Origin: Lingula anatina
Lineage: Eukaryota > Animalia > Brachiopoda
Length of the DNA stretch: 64,000 nucleotides
Reading direction: 5' to 3'
Assembly (NCBI GenBank): GCA_051362555.1
Contig: CM120643.1
Coordinates: 15,536,644-15,600,643 of the forward strand
The position numbers and the translations under genes are program-made. Below the pieces are notes generated by a model. The model made no database searches. It worked only from the letters and a program-made list of their open reading frames with translations, and had not been told where the DNA came from. Below are positions 1 to 11,804 of the stretch, one piece after another. The first letter of the stretch is position 1; every line of letters starts with the position of its first letter.

Positions 1-3000
1 CATTTAATTTCTCCTTCAATTTTCATGGCCTACAGACACCCGGTATTTTCAGCTAAGTTGTAATTTCTTGTAAACATTTCGGTGTTGACTGCGGGTTATT
101 TTGATACAAAACAAAATATTTTTTTCCTTCTGATTTCAGAACACAGGCACGTTGTTTGAATTTGGCCACGCCACAAAGGAAGATGATTTCCACCCCCATC
201 AATCGATTTCGGCATATCAGCGCCCGTGTCACACGCTCGGTAAGTATTTATCAGTTTGTAGTTTACATCATAATTTAATATAGTTCAAAATTTCGACCGA
301 TAAACTAAACAAATAGTATCACCTTTGGTGTGAAGCCGATTGCAGATAGGGCAACGAGTCGAACGGGCCCTTCAAACATGTTTTTATCTAACTTTGTATT
401 ATAAGCACCTATCCTCAGATAATTTAACACAAAGATCCTTGTTCTGACTTCATCTTGTGAGGCGATAGTAAACATATTAAACTTGTGACGGGTCTCGGGC
501 GCTTGTACCGAGAGAATAACACTGAATAACTTTCCTATGCCGTAATACACGTGTAGATTACCGGCCTGTATTCTGACTGACGATATCAGAAAGGGTTATC
601 CTTTACAGGTTATCTAGCCATTGAAAGAGCCTGCAGCACCTGTCAAATGCACAGATTATATTGTATTAATTGATTATCGTCTACTGTTTGCTAGAATCAG
701 CTGTTTTTTTTTTCGGAAAAATTTCATAAAAAACTCATTTACCGTTACAACAATGCTGTTTCTTGTGAGGCTTTGTCATTGTTTTTAACATTGACGTAAG
801 ATTTAACTCTAAAAACACGTAGTTGACTGTTTTTTACAAAAGAATAACACCTGAAAATGGCGGGAACTGGTTACACGTAAACGCTTAACAGTGCCATTCC
901 TGAAAGCACCTTGAATATAAGTATACAATAACTGAAACTTATCATTAATAGAGGTTTTCACATGCGTGGCCATTGACAGCATCCCCAATCCGTCGACTGT
1001 TTTCACATTCTTGATTATTTCTTAAAGCAACAACTACAGGCGATGGCTTCATATTCAATATGTTTATTGTCTAGTTTCTGATATCATTTAGTGATGTTTT
1101 GACTCCTTTCTTGATTTGACGTGTTAAACTCTACAAACGTAAGTACACATATTTTACATACTTTTACACCACAGCGTATCGCTATATATGCACTGGGTGT
1201 TTTCATGTTTAAAGTCCTTAAAGACTTGGTTTTTGCACCATTGTGATTTTTTTCAATCTTTTTTCTTTGAAAGGCCTAGATAAGAATTACATGAAACCAC
1301 ATACATTTGCTATATTCTAATAATTTTCCTGTACACGACACTAGTTTTATGATTCACATTTAAAAACACACGTAATACTCAAAGGGATTAGTACAGAGTA
1401 AAACTTATTGACAGAAAAATATATATTTATAATCATTATCAAATTCCACAATTGAATACTACAAATATATTGTCAGAATTTATCTAACTTTTAGATATAA
1501 TCTAATCAAATGATTAACAGAACCTTATCTTATCCTAGCTTAATCCTTTGTATCTTAGTCTAACTGCTCTTCTTCTCTATCTAATGATATGTTAATCGGG
1601 CACGTGTGAATTGAAAGCAAGCTTGATTACGTGGTTTTGGTCTAACCTGTATTTTCTACAAATCTCTCGCGCGCGTGCGTATGCATGCAAACGCGCCTTC
1701 ACGACCTAAATCTATGACAGTTACTACTAACCTTTGTAATGGCACATGAACACTATTCCCCAGAAACTTACCGAAAAATCATTTCTGCTCTTACTATTCC
1801 CAATTATCTCACTGAACTCGCTTAAGATAATTTCTTTGATTAGCAATTAAAGCACAAATTGACGACAGAGTCACCCCGACACACACACCAGCGCACTTCA
1901 GTCTCGAGAGGGTGCCCGCCATTCTCATGTCATTTTTTTTCGCGCGTGACAGGCAGTCAGATGGGAGCAGAAATTACAACGATAGAAATCGAAATTCAAT
2001 CTTTTCTCAGTCACATCGTACTCCATAATTATCAGAGTACCAAGGGGATGGTAATGAAATTACCACTGATCATGCTCTCCTAGTAGTACGAGAAGACGTA
2101 CGGCGTGTTATCTGTGGAATTCATTCAGCTTTGCTAATTTCGGGGTTGAACGTTTATAAGGTGACGAAGGGAAGAGACAGGGCGCACTTTAGGATGCATT
2201 TATGGATGAAGTTCTTGTGATCTTTGGGCGCGTGACATAGAGTTTGATTTAGATCGATTTACTCAGAATGTGATAATGGTGAAATGAAAAGGGTTTTCTC
2301 TCTCTCGCTTTGCAAAATTTGCGAAGCCATACTCCAACCGTATATCAACAAAATTTTGAAATTTTGATTTACAAAAATGAAGTCATTGACAGTTAAGCTA
2401 GTAGTACTGCTACTATTTTTCTGTCCATAACCAAATACTCATTTTATTTTAACACCAAAATATTCATTTTTTATGCAGTGTCTTTACATCTATAAAATGG
2501 ATTTTCCAACTATTTCCCCGTTCAAATCCCTCAGATAAATATCTGCTGTTTTCATTTTCTGTCTCAGATTTTTGATAACTGAAATGCAGGGGAAAAAATC
2601 AATACATATGAACCTCCTCCATGGGGGGCTGCCACGTGCAGTATTAATAAAATCGCCGAGTTTGACATTGGGTGTCCCCAGTTCAAATGACAGTTCAGAC
2701 AGTTCAGAGCAGACAATACCGAGTTGAGCGCAGACTACAAGGGAGCTCATCGGTGACCAAACTGACATGGAAAATGTTATGCGGTTACAAAAGCTCAAGC
2801 GCTTCACTTAATCTTAATATGCAATTTAACGGTGTCGGGGACACGATAAAGGGGGTCGCGCACCTTGCATTGATTCAATCACAGCTATACATTACAATAC
2901 AGATAAATTCTATTGAACTTCAGAGACAGTAACTTCATATTTACCGACCTTTAAGAGTGTCTGATAGCGCTACCCTCGTGTGTATTTAAAACGATTCCAC

Positions 3001-3881
3001 GGCGAGTTCAATCTGGAGACATTTTTTTTTTACTATTAAAAATCAAATAATCTCTCTACAGAATCATGACACATCAAGGACGCTAATGACACACCTCCTT
3101 CCTCCATTTTCATTTCAAATATTAAGTGGCGAAAGCATTAAAGAACAAAAAATTCAAAGTGCCTCAAATGTCGACTTCATTTAAAATTCCACAGGGCAAT
3201 CTATAACTTCGGGTTTTCTTTTCATCCGCCCCTCTAATTAGCACAAAAACAGGAATCCTTTTTACGTAGTTTATAGTCTCTGTGACGTACCACACACAGT
3301 ACGCGGCACGACGGCTGTGAAAGTCGCTATATTTGAATTAATCCAGACATGAAACAACTTCATAACTTTTCTGAATAACCGTTACTGTTTTACTGAACAG
3401 ATTCTCCCCGACAACGCCCCCAATACATACTTTAAAACAGAAAACGCAACAACAAGGGCATTTGTCTACCCGGCGTTCCGAGAAACCTCAATTTCAGCGT
3501 CGAAACTGTCATTCGAACTTCCCTCGATGACATCAACACAAATTCATAAAACTTTCACTTTAATCACGCGTATTGGTCTTAACAGAATTTTCTCAGAATT
3601 GTACGCCACCTGACATTTAATGTTCAATGTTATGAGACTTAAGGCTTTATATTCGATCTTTACGGATATTGCTTATCACGGCGGGTCTCGGCAGACTCCC
3701 TCTTAATTCTGCTATTTCAATTCCGAGCAGGAGCAAGGAGCATCCGCAACGCTGGAAATCATATTAGCCACTAATAGCGTTTAATCGATGATCTGCTTTA
3801 AAACACAAGGCCTTGCAGTAGTCATTACTTAACGACGCCATATTTACGTGACCTTTTTTTTACGTATTGTTAAATAGACCT

Positions 3882-3887
3882 TTTATT
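3882..3887 (-). terminator. Candidate polyadenylation signal AATAAA of Irx A
   Basis: AATAAA on the minus strand about 580 nt after the stop, at the end of an AU-rich UTR-like stretch. Confidence 0.5.
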
Positions 3888-4023
3888 TGTAAACGTAAAC
3901 CGTAGTAAACCGTAGTTAGGCACACAATTCTACAAGACAAGCTAACAGTTAAAGCCACGAATGTTAAACACTGACCTGCAATTTTACCACCAAGTTACAT
4001 GATAATGTCGAACATTAATTGTG

Positions 4024-4071
4024 TATTGCTTGGCGCATTGCTTGACGCATTGCTTGCAGCACAGCTTGGCG
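4024..4071. repeat. 12-bp tandem repeat x4 (GCATTGCTTGGC-like) in the predicted Irx A 3' UTR
   Basis: tattgcttggcg cattgcttgacg cattgcttgcag cacagcttggcg. Confidence 0.75.
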
Positions 4072-4463
4072 TGCTTTAAAAATAAAAGCCTTGACGTTTT
4101 TAACCGAAAATCACACAAACAGTAAATCATACATGTAGCAAAATATAAAATTAAACAAACTTACCAACAAATGATCAAGTACATCCCTGATTCACACAAT
4201 AAAGAATATGTTTCTGTCTCTATATGTCCTAATGAAACACTATTACTTATAAATATTGTAATGTGGCATACTTAATATATAATAAATTATCAATAAGAAC
4301 ATCACTAAAAATAAATTAATTCTTGCCTGACAGTTTTTTCGCTTAGTCCCATATGCCTGTGTCCCTGAGGGTGAAGTCAATCGTAAGTTTTTTTCTAGAA
4401 TACATGTGCATTTAATGCTCCTCAATTATTTCACAGAAAGAGTCACGGAAACTTAAACTAAAA

Positions 4464-5155
4464 TTACTTAATTTCTGTCTTAAGATGTGTAGGAAGTTTA
4501 TTATTGATTTTCACCGAAAAAGCGCTGTACGGTAAATGTGTTGACGCGGGGTATGACCCACCCAACGTGCCAGACCGTAGAAGTCCCCCAGAGTTCGTGC
4601 TGACGGTGACAGCCCCTTCGGGAGGCATCACTGACGGTGTGACTGCCGCCGTGGGATGACCGCCGCTCGGAATGCTATGCGCATGCGCTGTAAGCCTGCT
4701 ATACGCAGGGTGTGTGAGTCCAGAGGGTCGGTGTAAACCCGCCACGGCGTACGCACCTCCAAGACCCCACTGCAGATGTCCCTGAGCAAGGGACAAACCT
4801 TGACTGTGCCCCAACGAAGGCAGGGCTGATATCGAATGTTCGAGCTTTGCTCCCGGGGAGGAAGAGGTGCGCCTTTCAAGAGACGAGTCGGTTGACGTTG
4901 CTACGTCAGCCAAGGACCAAATTTTCGGCCTTGTTTCGCTGTAAGAGGTGGACGGCCTCGGAGCGTCCGCGGAGTCTAATTTAAAGAAATCACCACTCAA
5001 GTGACTAGATGATGTTTTGTTGTGAGTGTCCGTCTTTTCCTCTGTTTCAGCATGCAAACCCTGAGACTGTGAAAGCGATTTATCTTGGCGGCTATTGTTG
5101 GAAAATGTGCTTCTTTCTTTGGTTTCCTCGCCAGTAAAACCTAATCGTATGTCGT
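4464..5155 (-). CDS. Irx: Irx A terminal coding exon with IRO box (RPKIWSLADVATS)
   Basis: Phase-1 acceptor tttcag|AC at 5155 reads open into ORF 4464..5057. Contains the KIWSLA IRO-box motif; TAA at 4466-4464. The five exons sum to 1554 nt (517 aa plus stop). Intron 4 is 11.2 kb, so extra small exons cannot be excluded. Confidence 0.9.
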
Positions 5156-8100
5156 CTGAAAATATTAAAATATATTTTCAACAGAAACCTAAAATTTCAA
5201 GTCAAAACGGTGGTCTGAAGTAAAGAATGTAAATATTTATTAGTAAAGCACCAACCTGAATGGAAATATAGATAAACATCAAAATTGACAAAACTCTCGC
5301 AATAACAAATCAACGAGCAAATCCTATTCAAACTGCAATAACACAAAACATACATATGTATGAAAACTGAGCCAATTAAAAAAAATTAAATAAAGATAAC
5401 ACATAAAACTAAAAAATAAATTCAAGAATAAATAAAGACAGAATGAAAAAAATCATATTCCCATTAGTAAAAATAGAACGGCATTTTCGTTTTCTACGGA
5501 AAATTAACAAAATGGTGTAGCAAAACGATAAGAACTACTCAAAATATTTTAAAACATGTTAAGACCTAAGTTTCCAAGGCAAAAAGTAGGCCAAGTTGAA
5601 AAAAAAACCCCTGCACACACCAAGACCTTTTCATTCCAATAGATTAAGATTAAAGCGTACAGTGGTACAAGTAAACACGCAGAATAATGTCCAGTTCACA
5701 CGATGGGTTTCAGATCTACGTCCTACATGCATACAACACGCACTGAACAGTTCTGCTTTGGTTAACGCGGTTCGTCAAAAACTCATCGTGTAAACTGGTC
5801 TCTACCAGTGGCAAGCGTAACTTCTATAGGCATAAACCTGTCATCACTGTCAGAAGCTAAATGTGCGTCTGAATTCCTTGCACCTCATAGACATGGGGTT
5901 TACGAGCGCAGGGGGGCAAGTACAAATCCACACATTTATTATTTGCGTGTTTTCCCGTTAATGGATCCTTTGTTTCCCCTAACAAAAACTTGTCCAAAAT
6001 TTGTCGTCTCGTTTCGCGTCGCCCAGTTCATAATTTTTTGGGAGAAAAGTATCAATATACACTGGCGAGAATCCTCACAAAAAAGGGGGCTGTTATTTAA
6101 AAAATTAACTGTATTGGGTATTAAAATTAATATCATGTTAAATAGTCAAATGGCTAAATGCTTCAAAATGAATGAAAATAATTTAGGCTTTTCAAACGTT
6201 GAACTAACAATGTTAAATATTCTGGGTTTAATGTGTAAAAATCACGAATTAATTACTCCCGACAGTCCTCCCCAGTCTAAAGAATTTCCCCTAAGTTTAA
6301 CTAACAATATGAAAATACCGGATATAATGAGAGAACGCAGTGAAAACAACGCCAGTCTTGAAGTTACCGAAGGCTAATATCCTAACCTACCGTACGTAGC
6401 CCAGACAATACCCTGTTGTTTTTGAAAATAGCTCTAAAACACAGCAAAATACACTGCATTGTATATATTATTAAAGTAAAACAGTGTCGCGGACTCAGTG
6501 ATTGTTTATAGGGTGTATAGTGTGATTTGGACCACACTTAAGATTTTTCAGAAGTTCAAAAAAGATACTAAGCAGGGGTAAAAATGTTCACAAACTTTTA
6601 ACTCAGCTTTTTTATCCGACCAAGTTATCATATAGTTTGAAGACACTTATAATAAAGTATATAAATAAAATTTTCTAATACATGGTGGTCTGAAATAACA
6701 CTGTAGTATAAAATTGAGATTTTTCTTTCCAGATTATCTACCATTCATAATGTGCTACAGGCCACATTAAAACTAGGGAATAACTGATGAAATTTCCACA
6801 AGTTTCACAAAAATCAGCACTGTAACTCTGCATATCAATTTCTTAATTCGTAATCAGTCGATAACCTCATATTATGCACTTTTCAATCGATCATAAAGAG
6901 CCGCAGTAAGTATGTATTCTAGAGGTTATCGCAATAACTCAACTTGTGTTCATACATCAGTTTCGATGCCAACAAAATGAAAAAAAAGGAAATTCCTACG
7001 AGAAAATGGCATAGTACTACGCATACTATAACCGTGGGTTTAATAGATAGATTAACTGCCAAATTCTATGAAATGTAATTACTGTTTACAACCGCTGACA
7101 TCGAGTATTACCACGAGAAAATGGCATTGTTCTCTTACTCGGCACGAGATAGCCGCGCGATTTAACGGATGAATCAACCGCTAACTTCTATCACGGGACT
7201 TCTAGGAAATGCTATTACTGCTTTTAATGGGAAGATAGTAATTTGCAAACATCCAACTTGGAAAAGAAAGAAAAATATCTGGACTGTCGTCTGCTGGAGT
7301 CTGTCTCGAAAGTCGTCTGCTGGGGTTTCAGAAATCGGGCATGAAATCGACAAATATGTCAATTTCCGTGTCGTCTGTTGGGCAGAAGACAAGCCGCGGG
7401 ATAGACGAGGCGAAATAAAGAAAGTGAACTACATACATGAAATATGTGGTATGAGCCGAGTGCAATATGTTGCTGAACTACTCTCCACTCAGGAGCTGTG
7501 GACCACGCTACTGCCTTGCCCGATTCTCTTCTGTGCCATACTGTTCATGTTTTATATGTTTCAACTTTTCTTTGACTGTGAGTCTACGTCGTTGTACACG
7601 TTATTCTAATGTCAATTACTGCACGAATTATATTTCTGTGCGTAAACAGCTAAAAAAAATAACCCTTTTAAATAAAGGGGAGCAATGCGGTAAAAAATGC
7701 GTCTAGCTTGCGACCCTGGTGACCAATTTTACCCTGCAAAGGGGGCTCCTGTCGACGAAAAATGCCCTTCGGACAAACGGGTAGTTGCTCGCAATCTCTA
7801 TTCTCATATATCATGGTTAGGACCACCATGAGGATTTGTGATTTTCACAGCTTTAAGTATCGTCTTTACGTTGAAATTTTTATTAGCAAGACCTTTCTAC
7901 AAATTGGCCTCTCTTCCAACGTTGCCATACGTTTTGCCGTTCCGGGAGAGCATTTCGACGTGCTTTGTCAAGCACGGGGAAGAAAATATGTATATTGCTG
8001 CTTAATGCCGCTCGATAACCAGGCACATTTTTAAGTTAAATTTGACCAAAATACAGACTTACATAGTCAAATCAAATTTTAAAAAATGACGTCAGATCAG

Positions 8101-10097
8101 CACGATCAAGATATGTCCAAATTCAATTTCATGCCCTAAATCGTGTTAAAATTACTTCCTGATAATTGGTTTCGTTATGTCATGTGAGGAAGGAAAATAT
8201 ACCTTTACATTTTTAAAAATCTTATTTGGGATTAAAAAAAACTTTCTGTGTGGTGCCAACCAAAAGGTGTGTGATCCAGATTAGCGTCTTATACAAGGCT
8301 ATATCACCACTGGAGATCATTAATGTCATGTCATAACAAGCAAAAACACCAGGTTTTAGACACTCTCTGCAAGTCTAGAACGCCCAGAATTTTGTGGGAG
8401 AAATTATTTTAACGTATATGATATACCAAAGATTTTATTCAGAATCTGTAAAGTTCTCTCACATTGCCGTTTCATCCACTCAAATTGGCGTCCAATATCA
8501 AATCACACGAAATTAAACTGGACTTTTGGAATTCTTAAATTTTGTGAACATGATGTGAATAAGCCACTAAGTAAAATGAGTTAGAGGTAGTTAAGACACG
8601 GGTCTTGAATAAACGGGACTACCAAAATAGTCTTCATAAAGGACCCACTAAAAGGTACGTGAAAAAAGGGGTAGGCCTATTTTAATCTGAAAATATATTA
8701 GATTTTTTAACTTCTAGTATTTTAAAGTGAAATATCAAACTTTAAGTCGTTGGGATAGCTTAAATCTGAGCGAAAGGAATGATCTGATTAGCTGCACTAA
8801 ATATTTTGTACTAAAAAAAGAGAGAATAAAAAAAAAACGGCGCGTGCCCAATGGCTACTGTGTATCGGTGTGAGGGAAAATAGAATCCCTCTGTGTTTAC
8901 GCCATTCTAACTAAACCGGGGATGAAAGAGGAAGTCTGTAAAGTTGAAAAGAAACTCCTGAGGCAATGTATCACAGAGTTCACACTTTCCCCGTCGATTA
9001 AAAATCCTGTTTAGATGTCTGATAGCTTCAGCCTAGAGAAACGAGGCTATGTCATGTAGCAGACGATCAAATTATCCAATCACCTCCAAGAAGACAACGC
9101 TCGATTGTGCTTCCACAATGGACGATCCTCCACGTAACCTCGAGCCAAGAGAGAAATTATTTTCGAAATGCGAGTCACATTCCCCTAGCTTCCCTTTGAA
9201 ATCAACAGACACCATAGCTTGTTTTACTCACATCAAAAATGAGATTTCACACAGAGATCGAGGTCACTCATAATATTTGATGAAATTAAAGCTATTGTTT
9301 ACATGGCTCTTGTTTGCCCTGGGTAACTGGATTGAGTTCAATAAAAGGAGTTCGTGTTACAGTGAAAAATGGGATCTGGATGGGGGTCGATATGAGTTGA
9401 CAACATTATACTTTTTTGAATGCTTATATATGTTACACATAACGTTATCAGGACGAGAAGAACACCTGAAAACAAAGCAAATCGATAGTCACAAATGAGT
9501 TGTGTACTTGTTAATACGTCTAGAATCGGCAACCGTGGCAGAGGAGAGGCTATTAGCTGTTTCTAAAGAGGTAGCAGAAATGTTTCTTTTATGGAAAAAA
9601 TGAAAAAAAAAATTACTGGATACACTAAGAGGGGGTAGGGGTAGCGAGGGGATAGTGTTTCTGGCTGGATGGGTAGGTGGGTGGGGTATCAAGGGGGAGG
9701 GGGTATTCCTACATGAAAGGAATGAAAAAACATTGCTGACAAGGTTTACTCACTGTTAAATTATATTTCTTATGAGTGTTTTTTTTTGACAGTTCAGGAC
9801 ATGCCAAATTAAGGTAGTGATTTTAAAAGCATCTCAAACTGGCCCTATCATCCATTTGCCTGAATATATTATGGATCCATAGATCAATCCATAAAGAGGA
9901 TCTGAGCCTTTCAAGCAATTTTCTCTCGTACCCAAATTCATCACCATCTTGCACTCTAAATGAGCAGGTCCATCACACTCATCATGCTATAAGCAAAAGT
10001 TTAACACCCGTTCAAAAATGAAATCGACAGTAAATATGTCAGCATGGAGAATGCTGGAAAATAAGTCGAGTTGGCAATACTGACCCCCTCCTCCCAG

Positions 10098-10147
10098 CCC
10101 CCCCCCCCCCCCCCCCCCCCCCAACACACACACACACACACACACAC
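10098..10147. repeat. Poly-C run followed by (CA)n microsatellite
   Basis: Read directly from the sequence. Confidence 0.95.
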
Positions 10148-11406
10148 TTAATCTCCCGTCTGAACAGAACCTCAGATGACAGACCTGGGTACCTGTTATC
10201 TCTCCTTAGGTTATCATATCAGTGCGGCCGATTCGTGTTGAGAACAACACACGGCCTTCCAATGCCGGCGATATCAACCGCAGACACTTGAAAAGGATTG
10301 GGACCGATTTTGCGCGTGTACGAAGTATGGCCGCCCTCTAAAGAGAAGGGCTTAGGATGAAATCCCATCACACAGATATACAGGGTCTATCTTTGTCTAT
10401 TTGTATGAAGAGATGGGCTAAAGTAGCACGTGTACGTAGTATGGCTGGTTTCAGTTTAGACAAGATTAAGATGAGATCCAAACTCACATGAGCTCTGTCT
10501 AAACCGTTGTCTTAGTGCTACTTTATTGTGTGTAGAGATAGAAAGAGATTTGAGGGGATACTGTGAAACCTAACACACCTGCGTTAACTTTTACACAAGC
10601 CTCTTCACTCTGTTCGAACTGATCTTTCCCATTGTTCAATGCCTCCGTTGTTTAAATGCTGGCTGTAGTCGGTAGACTTTGCTGGGGTTACTGCGTTTCT
10701 GAACTTCTAAACTGGAAAATAAATCTACCCCCAGATTAAGAGTTCAGAAATCTGCAAATCATGCTCCTCAGATAGAGGACACCAAAATACTACTGCAGTG
10801 TATCCCCAATAGGTCTGAATGTGAAATTTCAAAGATAAACATCACTGGCTCTGTCCGCCATTTTTGGAGGTTGTGTTGGAGATTACATGTGGCAATATCT
10901 CATCCCCGTTCACCACACTAAAGTACCACAGCTTACTATCAGAAAGTAATAGACCTGTTATTAACCATTAATCCTTACAGAATCAGTCAACAATGGTAAA
11001 CATTGTATTCAACTACAGCGTGCTAAACAGAACCCAGCGAATTCAGCGACGATGCCAAATACTCTCATTTACGAATATTTTATCCGTTTTGGCTATCGAT
11101 TCCTTCTATTTACAGCAGTTATTCCAATGTTGATAATATGATAAACAGTGCTGTAATCTTGGCAACCCTCTTTTAAGAGCAGAAACCGTTACACAGTAAT
11201 ATAAGCCTACTCCGTTGTGGAGATAGAAAACAGATATAGACTTAGATGTATCACAGATAACTTTTTTTAGAATCCAATACTACGGTGTTTCGAATTAAAC
11301 AACCGCGAATGGCCGTTTTCTCTTGACATATATGTATGAAAGTACAACGGTAAAGATAAACAGAATGCAGGTAGTATTTTTTCCCTTTAGATTGTGATTA
11401 GTTTCA

Positions 11407-11408
<2 letters not shown>

Positions 11409-11474
<66 letters not shown>
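11409..11474. repeat. (AT)n microsatellite
   Basis: About 33 units, read directly. Confidence 0.98.
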
Positions 11475-11476
<2 letters not shown>

Positions 11477-11613
11477 GCAGTAGAGTAACGCTATGTAACC
11501 CATAACCGTCGAGTTACAAAGTGCCCAGCTGTGAGGAGATATAGCCTGGCCTTGGCCGTAGTTCAAAACGAACATGTTTCCAACATGCTGGAATCATGTT
11601 AGAACAAACATAT

Positions 11614-11804
11614 ACCATAGGAATGGTTAAATCTAATATCAGGGAACAGGTTTGATGGACCTTAGGTTACCTATCATTCATTATCTGATCTTAATTCTAC
11701 GACATAGTAGTACAAGCCCACACCATAGGACTGGCTAAATTTAATACCGAGAAACAGGCTCGTTGGCCGTAAGGTTACCTTGCATTTATTATCTGTTCTT
11801 AATT
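11614..11804. repeat. Diverged tandem duplication, period about 108 bp
   Basis: ACCATAGGAATGGTTAAATCTAATA...GGTTACCT...TTATCTGATCTTAATT (11614-11696) versus ACCATAGGACTGGCTAAATTTAATA...GGTTACCT...TTATCTGTTCTTAATT (11722-11804). Confidence 0.85.

Noticed and set aside
5808-6377. 189-aa plus-strand ORF in Irx A intron 4
   Set aside because: GTG start, no recognisable domain, AT-rich composition and no convincing splice partners; treated as a chance ORF or TE debris.
7169-7609. 146-aa plus-strand ORF
   Set aside because: No domain, antisense within an Irx intron; better explained as regulatory or repeat DNA.
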